A stretch of DNA of 64,000 bases, taken from assembly GCA_036554745.1 (NCBI GenBank), contig DATBMR010000320.1, positions 1,732 through 65,731 of the forward strand, written 5' to 3'. Below the pieces are notes generated by a model. The model ran no database searches and was not told where the DNA came from. It worked only from the letters and a program-made list of their open reading frames with translations. The DNA comes from Candidatus Binatia bacterium. Its GTDB lineage: Bacteria > Desulfobacterota > Binatia > UBA9968. Positions within the stretch are counted from its first letter, which is position 1. Every line of letters starts with the position of its first letter. Below are positions 27,648-36,061 of this stretch, piece after piece. The position numbers and the translations under genes are program-made.

Positions 27648-28493
27648 CTAAGCGTGCTTATCCCAACTAAAAAACGGGATTGCTGGGAAACCTGCGTCCA
27701 GACCTTCGGCGTAGGACGGCTTAGTCGCGTTTGCCACGCCCATCATCATTAAGAAATTCAAATAGCCGCTGGTCATGTTTCCGGAGGCGATCATCTTTTC
27801 CGGTGTGCAGCCGCCCGCGGCGCCGTCGATATCGCCATTTACAATCCAGCCCACCGCCGCGGCGTCGAAGTTGGGATCTGTCAAACGGCGCTCGAACTGC
27901 TTCGGTCCGCCGACTTCGAGCGACAGGTGGCCGCTTACAAGCACGCCGATCCGTTTACGGGTTGGCAGGCTGTCGATAGCGGCGCGAATCGCTTTACCCA
28001 CTTCGAAGTAGCGTCGTGGCCGCGGCATCGGCGGTGCGATACAGTTGGTCAGGATCGGTACGACCGGGATGTCCATTTCTGGGCGGACGAAGAGCATTGG
28101 CACAATGATCGAATGATCGATAGTGAGCTCGTTGGAATAGGCGAAGTCGACGCCGCGGTCGAAGGCGCCTTCCATGATCGCGTCGGCCACGTCGACATCG
28201 CCCGGGAGCTTGCATTTCGGCAAACCGAACTCTCGCTCCTCGTCATAGAACGTCCCGTCGTACTCTGTCATTTTACCAATCATGAACGCCGGCATGTTGT
28301 CCATGAAAAACTGGTGCAAATGATCGTTGCCGATACAGACGAGCACGTCAGGTTCGGCTTCGGCTAGCTTTTGCCGCATCATGGCGATGCGCTCCTGCAC
28401 CTTCGCCGCGCCCGGAGGCTGCTGCGGTTGTTTGAACAGCCGCGGCATGAATGGATTGTGCGTGATGCCGATGATCGAAACGATTTCTGCCAT
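27648..28493 (-). CDS. LigB-like catalytic subunit, class III extradiol dioxygenase
   Basis: VSIIGITHNP, VCIGNDHLHQFF and the LigB-family layout. Start 28493 is preceded by GGGAGG. Confidence 0.65.
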   Translation of the reverse strand: MAEIVSIIGITHNPFMPRLFKQPQQPPGAAKVQERIAMMRQKLAEAEPDVLVCIGNDHLHQFFMDNMPAFMIGKMTEYDGTFYDEEREFGLPKCKLPGDVDVADAIMEGAFDRGVDFAYSNELTIDHSIIVPMLFVRPEMDIPVVPILTNCIAPPMPRPRRYFEVGKAIRAAIDSLPTRKRIGVLVSGHLSLEVGGPKQFERRLTDPNFDAAAVGWIVNGDIDGAAGGCTPEKMIASGNMTSGYLNFLMMMGVANATKPSYAEGLDAGFPAIPFFSWDKHA

Positions 28494-28597
28494 GGGTTTG
28501 CCTCCCAAGCTTCGTTATTTCTGTTCTGCCATGGTTATGAATTTAACCGGCGCGCGTCTCCGAAACCGGATCAGCGAAAGAGACGCACACCATCGAA

Positions 28598-29572
28598 CTA
28601 ACGTCCTAGTGACTTAAAAAAACCGGACTTATCCAGTTCGTTGTAGATCGATGGGTCGATAAACTCCTCGGGCTTGCGATCTTTCGCCCGGGGGTCGGTT
28701 TCGGCCATTGACACTACGATATTTTCGAGCGCTTTGTAGGGTAATCTCGGTGGCCTTTCGGCAAAATTCGTGAAGTACTGATAGGATGATTCCAAGGTTT
28801 CACGATCTTCCGTGCGGGTCCACTTTCCAATTATTTTAAGAGCCAGTTCTTTGTCACGAAACAGGCGATCGACAGCCTCGCTATAGGCCATCAAAAACCG
28901 CTTTACGGTCTCCCGATCGTTTTTGATCGTCGAGCGGGTGGAAACGAGGCTTGTGGTTGGGTAATCAATACCTTCTTTTGCGAAGTTCGCGAGCATAACG
29001 AAGCCCGCCTTCTTCGCCTTAAAATCGCCGGGCGAAGACAGAATTCCTCCTTGGATGACCTTTGCCTGCATGCCAGCGAGAATTTCTGGCTGCCCGCCCA
29101 TTTGGAGAATTTTCACATCGCGATCGGCCTCTAAGGCGTATTTCTTCAAAAAAGCGCGCAAGCTGACGTCCGTCGAGGCGCCGTAGCGCGTAATTCCCAA
29201 GGCTCTGCCTTTCAGGTCTTGTGGTTTCTTGATCGATGGCTGAACGAAGAGATAGAAAGACGGCACGTTGACTACGCCTCCAATGATCACGATATCACCG
29301 CCGGCAAGATTAACGTTGACGATGTTACCACCGGCGAGAGCGAGCGCGAACTCTCCACCAATGATTGCCTGTGCCATACGACTGCCGCCAGCAACGTAAA
29401 CTGGATCGACGTAGAGGCCATGCTTTTCAAAAATCTTAGCGTCCTTGGCAAGGTAAAAGCCTGTTTGCGTGGCGCTGATGGCGCTATATCCGGCGGCGAT
29501 ACGCTTGGTTTGCGCGTGCGCAACGCCATGAATAAATAGCGTAAGCAACGTTAGGGCAAGCGCTCGTTTCAT
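28598..29572 (-). CDS. NMT1/THI5-like ABC transporter substrate-binding protein
   Basis: A signal peptide (MKRALALTLLTLFIHGVAHA) is followed by FYLAKDAKIFEKHGLYVDPVYVAGGS, a paralogue of the 17190..18188 gene. GGAGG lies upstream of ATG 29572. Confidence 0.75.
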   Translation of the reverse strand: MKRALALTLLTLFIHGVAHAQTKRIAAGYSAISATQTGFYLAKDAKIFEKHGLYVDPVYVAGGSRMAQAIIGGEFALALAGGNIVNVNLAGGDIVIIGGVVNVPSFYLFVQPSIKKPQDLKGRALGITRYGASTDVSLRAFLKKYALEADRDVKILQMGGQPEILAGMQAKVIQGGILSSPGDFKAKKAGFVMLANFAKEGIDYPTTSLVSTRSTIKNDRETVKRFLMAYSEAVDRLFRDKELALKIIGKWTRTEDRETLESSYQYFTNFAERPPRLPYKALENIVVSMAETDPRAKDRKPEEFIDPSIYNELDKSGFFKSLGR

Positions 29573-29759
29573 GGCCACGCCTCCTTCCGATGATCGTGGA
29601 TAACTTCTCGGATAATCTTGCGTACGCGGCTTATTAGCATATAAACCAAAATAGGCCAATACATCAGGAATTGTTGACTCAGCCAGTTGAGGAGTATAAG
29701 AGAACGGAGCCCCGACGCGATACGGCGGAGATTAAGTTCGCCAGGAGAATTTGCAATTT

Positions 29760-30953
29760 ATGACGATCGCGGAGATCCAGACAAAGAGCGAAAGCTGGAA
29801 CATGCGGATTATTGGCCATCATGATCTGAACGGTCACGGTGACGGCATGCAGTTATTGAAACAGGGACGCTACGTTTACCTCGCCCATCTCGGCACCTCG
29901 CCGATGGCGCTGAGCATCATCGACGTGGCCGATCCGAGCGATCCGCGGGTCGTGATGCAGATGCCGCACGCGCCTAATACGCACTCGCACAAGGTCCAGA
30001 TCGCCGGCGATATTTTGATTCAGAATCAGGAGCGACCCTACTTTGTGCGGGACTTGCCCGCCAGCACGCCGAACGAGGCTGGGATTAAGATTTACAGCAT
30101 CGAAAAACCGACCGAGCCCCGCGAGATCGGTACTATGAGACTTCAAGGCAAGGGCGTGCATCGCATGTGGTTCAGCGACGGCAAGTATGCCCATGTGGGC
30201 GCCATGCTGGCGGGTATCAACGAGCGCGCTTACCTGATCGCGGATATTTCCAACCCGGCCCATCCGAAGGAAGCCGGACGCTGGTGGATTCCCGGAACCA
30301 AAGAAGGCGAGGAAACGCCGCCAAACTGGACGCCGTTTGCCGGCGAACACTTTCACGTGCACGGCGCAATCCCTCACGGCGACCGCTCGTACGTCGCGCT
30401 GGTTGACGCTGGCATGGTGATCCTTGATATCTCCGACATAAGCAGACCGAAAACTATCAGCCACATCGACTGGAGCCCGCCGTTTGGCGGCTACGCCCAC
30501 ACGACCCTTCCACTGCCGGGTAGAAAGCTGGTCGTCGCGGTTGACGAGTCGGTGAAGTACGACTGCGCCGAAGGTGAGAAGCGCGTTTGGATCATCGATG
30601 TCCGCGAAGAGCGCAATCCGGTAATCGTCAGCACCTGTCCGGTGCCCCAGGGCGACTTCTGCCAGCGCGGCCTGCGCTTCGGCCCGCACAACGTTCACGA
30701 AAACCGGCCCGGCTCGTTCCAGAGCGAGAACATCATCTTCGTTACCTATTACAATGCGGGCCTGCGTATCTTCGATATCCGCAATCAGTACCGCCCGGAG
30801 GAGGTCGGCTACTTTATTCCGCCAGCGCCGGAAGGACAAAAGGCCCCGATGTTCAACGACTTGTATGTTGACACCGACGGCTTGATCTACGTGACCGACC
30901 GGATCAAGGGCGGCTTGTATATTTTGGAGTATACTGGACCGAAGATCCACTGA
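29760..30953 (+). CDS. LVIVD-repeat beta-propeller protein (function unknown)
   Basis: Recurrent hydrophobic-D-hydrophobic-x-(D/N)-P blades: ALSIIDVADPSDPRVV, GMVILDISDISRPKTI, GLRIFDIRNQYRPEEV and GLYILEY. The start is uncertain (TTG 29751, ATG 29760 or ATG 29802). Confidence 0.55.
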   Translation: MTIAEIQTKSESWNMRIIGHHDLNGHGDGMQLLKQGRYVYLAHLGTSPMALSIIDVADPSDPRVVMQMPHAPNTHSHKVQIAGDILIQNQERPYFVRDLPASTPNEAGIKIYSIEKPTEPREIGTMRLQGKGVHRMWFSDGKYAHVGAMLAGINERAYLIADISNPAHPKEAGRWWIPGTKEGEETPPNWTPFAGEHFHVHGAIPHGDRSYVALVDAGMVILDISDISRPKTISHIDWSPPFGGYAHTTLPLPGRKLVVAVDESVKYDCAEGEKRVWIIDVREERNPVIVSTCPVPQGDFCQRGLRFGPHNVHENRPGSFQSENIIFVTYYNAGLRIFDIRNQYRPEEVGYFIPPAPEGQKAPMFNDLYVDTDGLIYVTDRIKGGLYILEYTGPKIH

Positions 30954-31056
30954 GTTATTGAGGATGCGTCAAGCTCTCTATCTCTCTCCGGCGGATGGGA
31001 CATCAAGCGAGGTGCCGGTTGCAGGGAAACCGCCGCTGTGCATTGGATGATCCACC

Positions 31057-31941
31057 ATGCCTGATCGCCTGCTCATCAATGTCTTCAATGTCGACGCGGC
31101 GCTCGCGGCCGGCCGTGCAAAGGGAATTTTCGCTGCGCATGGGCTCGAAGTTGACGTGAAGGTGACGCCCAACTCGACGGAGCAAATGCGCGGCCTTGGC
31201 AAAGGCTCGTGGCAAATCGTTTCCACGGCTTTCGATAACGTGCTCGGTTGGGCGGGCCGCGAAGGCGCGGAAATCGTCGCGGTGGCCCAGGTCTCCGCCG
31301 GCAATACCCTCCCCGTCTACGTTCGACCCGAGATCAAAACCTGGGACGATCTTCGCGGCAAAGCTTTGGCCGTGGACGCGGTCGACACCGCTTACGCTCT
31401 GGTGCTGCGCCGCGTGCTGCTGGCCCACGGCCTCGCGATGGATCGCGGCGACTACACGTTGATACCGAAAGGAACAACCGGTTACCGATTGGAGTCGATG
31501 GCTCAGGGGGAAACTTTCGCCGGGGTGTTAAACCCGCCCTGGGACCAGAAGGCCGAGGCCGCGGGCATGAAACGCTTCGCCGACCACCGTGAAGTGCTGC
31601 CGGATTATCCCGGCGGTGTCTATGCGGTTAACCGCATGTGGGCGAGTGAAAACCGTGCCGTATTGAGCACATATTTTCGAGCTTGGAACCAAGCGTTACG
31701 TTGGGCTCAAGATGAAAAGAATCGCGATGAGGCGATTCGAGTTCTCGCCGAGGCTGAGAAAATCGACGCGAAGGCCGCGGCGAATCGTCTGCGTCAATCG
31801 CCCAAAGACGGCCGATTGAATCTGCCAGGCCTCGCAACCGTGCTCGCGTTGCGTGTGCAGTTTGGGCTTATTCCAGCGATGGGCGAGGATTTGCCAAAAT
31901 ATTATGACGAGAGTTTTTATCGGGAGACGTCTAACGATTAG
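31057..31941 (+). CDS. NMT1/THI5-like binding-protein homologue without signal peptide
   Basis: AGRAKGIFAAHGLEVDVKVTPNSTEQMRGLGKGSWQIV resembles NMT1-type SBPs. No hydrophobic N-terminus is present. Confidence 0.55.
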   Translation: MPDRLLINVFNVDAALAAGRAKGIFAAHGLEVDVKVTPNSTEQMRGLGKGSWQIVSTAFDNVLGWAGREGAEIVAVAQVSAGNTLPVYVRPEIKTWDDLRGKALAVDAVDTAYALVLRRVLLAHGLAMDRGDYTLIPKGTTGYRLESMAQGETFAGVLNPPWDQKAEAAGMKRFADHREVLPDYPGGVYAVNRMWASENRAVLSTYFRAWNQALRWAQDEKNRDEAIRVLAEAEKIDAKAAANRLRQSPKDGRLNLPGLATVLALRVQFGLIPAMGEDLPKYYDESFYRETSND

Positions 31942-31968
31942 TTGAAGATAAGGCAAGGAGGAATACTG

Positions 31969-33006
31969 ATGAATCGATTATTTTTGACCAGAATCGCCGG
32001 TGTGCTGGTGGGCCTGACCCTAGCGCTGGCGAGTACAAGCTTTGGCGCCGGGTCACCGGTCGACGATTTGATCGCCGGTGCAAAGAAGGAGGGCGTCATC
32101 GAGTTTTACGGCCCGTCCACTCTCGGTCCTGAAGGGGCGCAAGCGCTGGCTGCGGGTTTCAATAAAAAGTACGGCTTGAATATCAAACTGAACTTCAGCC
32201 CCTCCGGTAATATGACCCGGGACACGGCCAAGATCGTCGGCATGTCGGCCTCCGGACAGCCGCCCGAGTGGGATATCATGGTCGTCACCGACGCCCACCA
32301 TGGCTCGTTGTGGCTGAGAAAGTTACATCAGCCGTTTGACTACGCGGCTGCTGGAGTCAACAAAGAACGAATCGAGTACGACAGAGGTACGATTTCGGTG
32401 GCCAACCAGTTCGCGCTGCCGACTTACAACTCGAAGCTGGTAGCAGCCAAGGACGTGCCGACCAAATGGGAAGATTTGCTGGATCCGAAGTGGAAGGGCA
32501 AGCTCGGCGTCATCAACTCGACGCATCATTGGGGCCGCCTAGCCGCCGGGCCTTGGGGCGATGAGAAGACGTTAGACTTTGTCAAAAAACTTGCCGCGCA
32601 AAAACCGCTTTTGACGCGCGCCGGGGAGATGGCACAGCGGTTGATTCTCGGAGAAGTGTTAGTATCGGCGACTTTGCAAGACAGCCAGCTTCACGAATCG
32701 CAACAATCGGGCGCCCCGTTGGCTTTCGCCGAAAAGGTGCAGCCGGTTATCTCGCCGGAATATCACGTCGGCGTATTGAAAGGCGCACCGCATCCCAACG
32801 TAGCTCATCTATTCGTAATCTATATGGCTTCGCCGGAAGTGCAAGAGATCTGGAAAAAACACACCGGTCATACTTCCGCCTATGTTCCCGGGACTGACGC
32901 TTACAAGTTCGCCCAGGGCAAGCAAGTGGTCTACATGAAGCAGGACCAAGCCGCCAAGGTTGATAAGATTTCGCGGCAAATCGGCAAGATCCTGGGTTTC
33001 AATTGA
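31969..33006 (+). CDS. ABC transporter substrate-binding protein (family 1, iron(III)/polyamine-like)
   Basis: AAGGAGG precedes ATG 31969. A signal peptide (MNRLFLTRIAGVLVGLTLALA) is present, and the gene is followed by cognate permease and ATPase genes. Confidence 0.7.
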   Translation: MNRLFLTRIAGVLVGLTLALASTSFGAGSPVDDLIAGAKKEGVIEFYGPSTLGPEGAQALAAGFNKKYGLNIKLNFSPSGNMTRDTAKIVGMSASGQPPEWDIMVVTDAHHGSLWLRKLHQPFDYAAAGVNKERIEYDRGTISVANQFALPTYNSKLVAAKDVPTKWEDLLDPKWKGKLGVINSTHHWGRLAAGPWGDEKTLDFVKKLAAQKPLLTRAGEMAQRLILGEVLVSATLQDSQLHESQQSGAPLAFAEKVQPVISPEYHVGVLKGAPHPNVAHLFVIYMASPEVQEIWKKHTGHTSAYVPGTDAYKFAQGKQVVYMKQDQAAKVDKISRQIGKILGFN

Positions 33007-33044
33007 TGTCGCAGGCTTGCCGGTGACGGCATAGGGAGACGACT

Positions 33045-34805
33045 ATGAAAGTTGAATCTCGGAATGAATACGCGGTGGGCGCGTGGGAAGGCCTTTCCCG
33101 TTTTATGCCGCAGGGCGTGACGTTGTTCGCTACGGGTCTTTCGGGATTTCTCGTCGTGGTTATCGGGTTGCCGGTTGCGATGGTCGTTCTCATGAGCCTT
33201 CGCACCGGTTTCCCGGGCGAAGACGTGCCGTTCACCCTGGAAAATTTTGCCGCAGTTTACTTCACCCCACAAACCTACGAGATACTTCTCAACACGCTCT
33301 TTTTCGCGGTTCTTAGCGTGGGGATCACGCTCTTGATTGCCGTCCCGCTGGTGTGGATCCTCATGCGGACCGACATACCGTTGAAAAAAACCATTTACGT
33401 GCTCTTGACGATCGGTATCCTCATCCCGGTTTTTCTTCGGACCATTGCATGGATTTTGCTGCTCAGCCCGCGCATCGGGCTCGTCAATAAATGGCTCCAA
33501 GAGCTTTTCGCTCTGAGCGGGCCGCCGATCAACCTGTACAGCATTACCGGCATGGCGTTTGTCCAAGGCGTCTCTTTCGTGCCCGGGGCTTTCTTTATGC
33601 TGGCCGCGGCCTACCGGTCGATGGATCCATCCTTGGAAGAGGCGGCCTATACGTCCGGCGTCGGCAAGCTTAAGACGTTTTTGCGAATCAACATTCCCAT
33701 CACCTGGCCGGCCATCGCCGCCGTGATGGTTTATTTGTTTATGACCGCCATTGCCGTGTTTGAAGTCCCGGCGATTATCGGACTGCCGGCACGCATCCAT
33801 GTTTTGAGCTCCCTCATATTCACCTCGACGACGCCTTCGACCGGCCTCCCGGAATATGGCATGGCGGGCGCCTACGGCGCGATCATGCTGATTCTCGGCC
33901 TCACGCTTGCGGCGCTATACGTTCGTCTGGTCAAGCAAGGGAAGAAGTACACCGTCATCACCGGTCGCGGCTATCGCCCGCGTGAAATCGCCCTCGGCCG
34001 TTGGAAATGGCCCGCGCTGGGCTTTGTATTCGTTTATCTCGCGATCGAAGTCTTCATTCCCTTTGCCGTGCTCTTGTGGGCTTCGGTCCTGCCCTACTTG
34101 CAGCTGCCGTCGGCGGAAGCCCTGTCATCGTTGACCCTCAAGCACTATCTTGAAATCCCGGCCAATGTCGGCCCGCGTCCTTTCATCAATACGCTGATAT
34201 TGATGTTCGCCGTGCCCACGCTCACGATGATTCTTAGCGTGCTGGTATCGTGGATCGTGATCCGAACTCAAGTCTCGTTTCGTGGCTTTCTCGACACGCT
34301 GGTTTTTATTCCGCACGCGGTACCGGGAATCTTGATGGCCGTGGGTCTGGCGTACTTAGGGCTCGCCTACAGGGATTACTTTCCGTTATACGGCACGGTC
34401 GCAATCATCGTCCTGGCTCACACCATCAACTGGATCGCCTATGGCACGCGGACCACGAATAGTGTCATGATCCAAGTCCACCGCGAGTTAGAAGAAGCCG
34501 GCAGGGTATCGGGCGCATCGGTGCCGCGGGTTTTGGGCAAGATCGTTCTGCCGCTCATCGCCGCCGGAGTACTCAACAGCTGGATCTGGATCGGCATGCT
34601 TTCCTATCGCGAAGTGACCATGTCGTTGACCTTGATGACGCGCAGTAACGTCGTCATTTCCACGGTGGTCTGGCAATTTTGGGGGAGTGGGTGGATTCCC
34701 CAAGTGGCGGCGTTGGGGGTGATCTTGATCCTGTTCGCGACGCTCGTGGTCGGCGCCGTGCGTTTCGCGCTCTCTCGCTTGGGTGAGATCGGCAGCGCAT
34801 CGTAG
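33045..34805 (+). CDS. ABC transporter permease, duplicated (two-module) type
   Basis: 586 aa with about 12 TM helices and two EAA-like loops (LEEAAYTSGVGKLKTF and LEEAGRVSGASVPRVL), as in FbpB/ThiP-type permeases. Confidence 0.8.
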   Translation: MKVESRNEYAVGAWEGLSRFMPQGVTLFATGLSGFLVVVIGLPVAMVVLMSLRTGFPGEDVPFTLENFAAVYFTPQTYEILLNTLFFAVLSVGITLLIAVPLVWILMRTDIPLKKTIYVLLTIGILIPVFLRTIAWILLLSPRIGLVNKWLQELFALSGPPINLYSITGMAFVQGVSFVPGAFFMLAAAYRSMDPSLEEAAYTSGVGKLKTFLRINIPITWPAIAAVMVYLFMTAIAVFEVPAIIGLPARIHVLSSLIFTSTTPSTGLPEYGMAGAYGAIMLILGLTLAALYVRLVKQGKKYTVITGRGYRPREIALGRWKWPALGFVFVYLAIEVFIPFAVLLWASVLPYLQLPSAEALSSLTLKHYLEIPANVGPRPFINTLILMFAVPTLTMILSVLVSWIVIRTQVSFRGFLDTLVFIPHAVPGILMAVGLAYLGLAYRDYFPLYGTVAIIVLAHTINWIAYGTRTTNSVMIQVHRELEEAGRVSGASVPRVLGKIVLPLIAAGVLNSWIWIGMLSYREVTMSLTLMTRSNVVISTVVWQFWGSGWIPQVAALGVILILFATLVVGAVRFALSRLGEIGSAS

Positions 34806-34829
34806 TACGAAGCGAACGGACAGTTTCCG

Positions 34830-35903
34830 ATGATCAGCATTAGAAAGCTCCGCAAGATCTTTCAGGCGCAACAAGGCGTTGTGAATGCGCTGCGCGATAT
34901 CGATTTGGAGGTCGCCGAGGGCGAGTTTTGCGTCCTTCTGGGTCCGAGCGGATGCGGCAAAACAACCACCCTGAGATGCGTCGCCGGGCTGGAAAGGCCC
35001 GATCACGGAGAAATCGAAATCGGCGGCCGCTTGGTCAACGCGCCGGCGTCGCGAATTTATGTTCCCGCGGAGAAGCGCGCGATCGGCATGGTCTTTCAAT
35101 CGTATGCGATCTGGCCGCATATGAATGTTTTCCAGAATGTCGCTTTTCCATTGACTCAGGGCCAGAAGCGCGTCTCTAAATCTCAGGTTTCCGACCGCGT
35201 CCGCGCTGCGCTCAAAAGAGTGCAGCTGGACGGACTCGAAGATCGCCCCGCTACGGATCTGAGCGGCGGACAACAGCAGCGCGTTGCTATGGCGCGCGCG
35301 ATGGTGGCCGACGCCAAGGTCCTGCTGATGGACGAGCCGCTCAGTAACCTCGACGCGCGACTGCGCGAGCAGATGCGAGTCGAGTTGCGCAAGATCACCA
35401 AATCCATCGGTGTGACCACTCTCTATGTGACCCACGACCAGGCAGAAGCTCTCAGCCTGGGCGATAAGGTGTGCGTCATGAATCATGGGGAGATCCTGCA
35501 AATTGCGTCGCCGCACGAAGTCTACGCAAAGCCGGCGAATCTGTTCGTTGCGCAGTTCGTCGGCGAGATGAATTTCATTAAGGGCGCGGTAACCGGGCCC
35601 GGAAAGATCGAATCACCCGTGGGCGTCATTGCGGCGCCCGTGCCGCACGGCGTGAATACCGGTGCGGAGGTGACGCTAGCGATTCGTCCCGAACACATCG
35701 AACTCCTGCCGAAGCCGCGCGACGGCGCCGCCACGGTCGCCGCGCGGGTAGCCAGCCGCAACTACCTGGGCGATTCGGCGCTGCTCGAGCTCGAGGTAAA
35801 CGGCGTGACCTTGCTCGCCAAGCTAGCCGGCGATACGGCGTTGACCGTCGGTCAAACCGCTGCGGTCGAGTTCCCTGCGCACCGCTGGCACGTGTTTGCT
35901 TAG
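34830..35903 (+). CDS. ABC transporter ATP-binding protein (PotA/FbpC/MalK-like, with C-terminal TOBE-like domain)
   Basis: Walker A GPSGCGKTT, signature [15 protein letters not shown] and Walker B LLMDEPLSNLD. Confidence 0.9.
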   Translation: MISIRKLRKIFQAQQGVVNALRDIDLEVAEGEFCVLLGPSGCGKTTTLRCVAGLERPDHGEIEIGGRLVNAPASRIYVPAEKRAIGMVFQSYAIWPHMNVFQNVAFPLTQGQKRVSKSQVSDRVRAALKRVQLDGLEDRPATDLSGGQQQRVAMARAMVADAKVLLMDEPLSNLDARLREQMRVELRKITKSIGVTTLYVTHDQAEALSLGDKVCVMNHGEILQIASPHEVYAKPANLFVAQFVGEMNFIKGAVTGPGKIESPVGVIAAPVPHGVNTGAEVTLAIRPEHIELLPKPRDGAATVAARVASRNYLGDSALLELEVNGVTLLAKLAGDTALTVGQTAAVEFPAHRWHVFA

Positions 35904-36061
35904 CCTCGATTGTCTTGCTTCGGCCCGGCGGTCAATAAAACCACACTGTTCTTCGCTGTCTTTGCGCAGCTGACCTCCGGTGACTGATTGCAGTCGCCCG
36001 CCTTGCAGTGACCCGGTGTCTGTGACATACGGAGAACAATTCCAAACCAAAGGGAAGGCTC

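Noticed and set aside
29853-30950. A long antisense ORF (365 aa) opposite the LVIVD gene. Similar long shadow ORFs occur at 1588..2445, 8909..9580, 32931..33800, 34488..35516, 50557..51456, 54373..55104 and 62600..63277.
   Set aside because: Each lies fully inside a gene with clear family motifs on the other strand or frame. Their products are Arg/Gly/Ala/Pro-rich and low in information, as expected for stop-poor frames in 60 percent GC DNA.
30964-31056. An in-frame TGA two codons upstream of ATG 31057, with an ATG at 30964. I checked it as a second possible selenocysteine site that would extend the signal-less NMT1-like protein.
   Set aside because: The upstream 31 codons (MRQALYLSPADGTSSEVPVAGKPPLCIG) look like neither a signal peptide nor any redox motif, and no hairpin follows the TGA. 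An ordinary stop in the intergenic region is the simplest reading.
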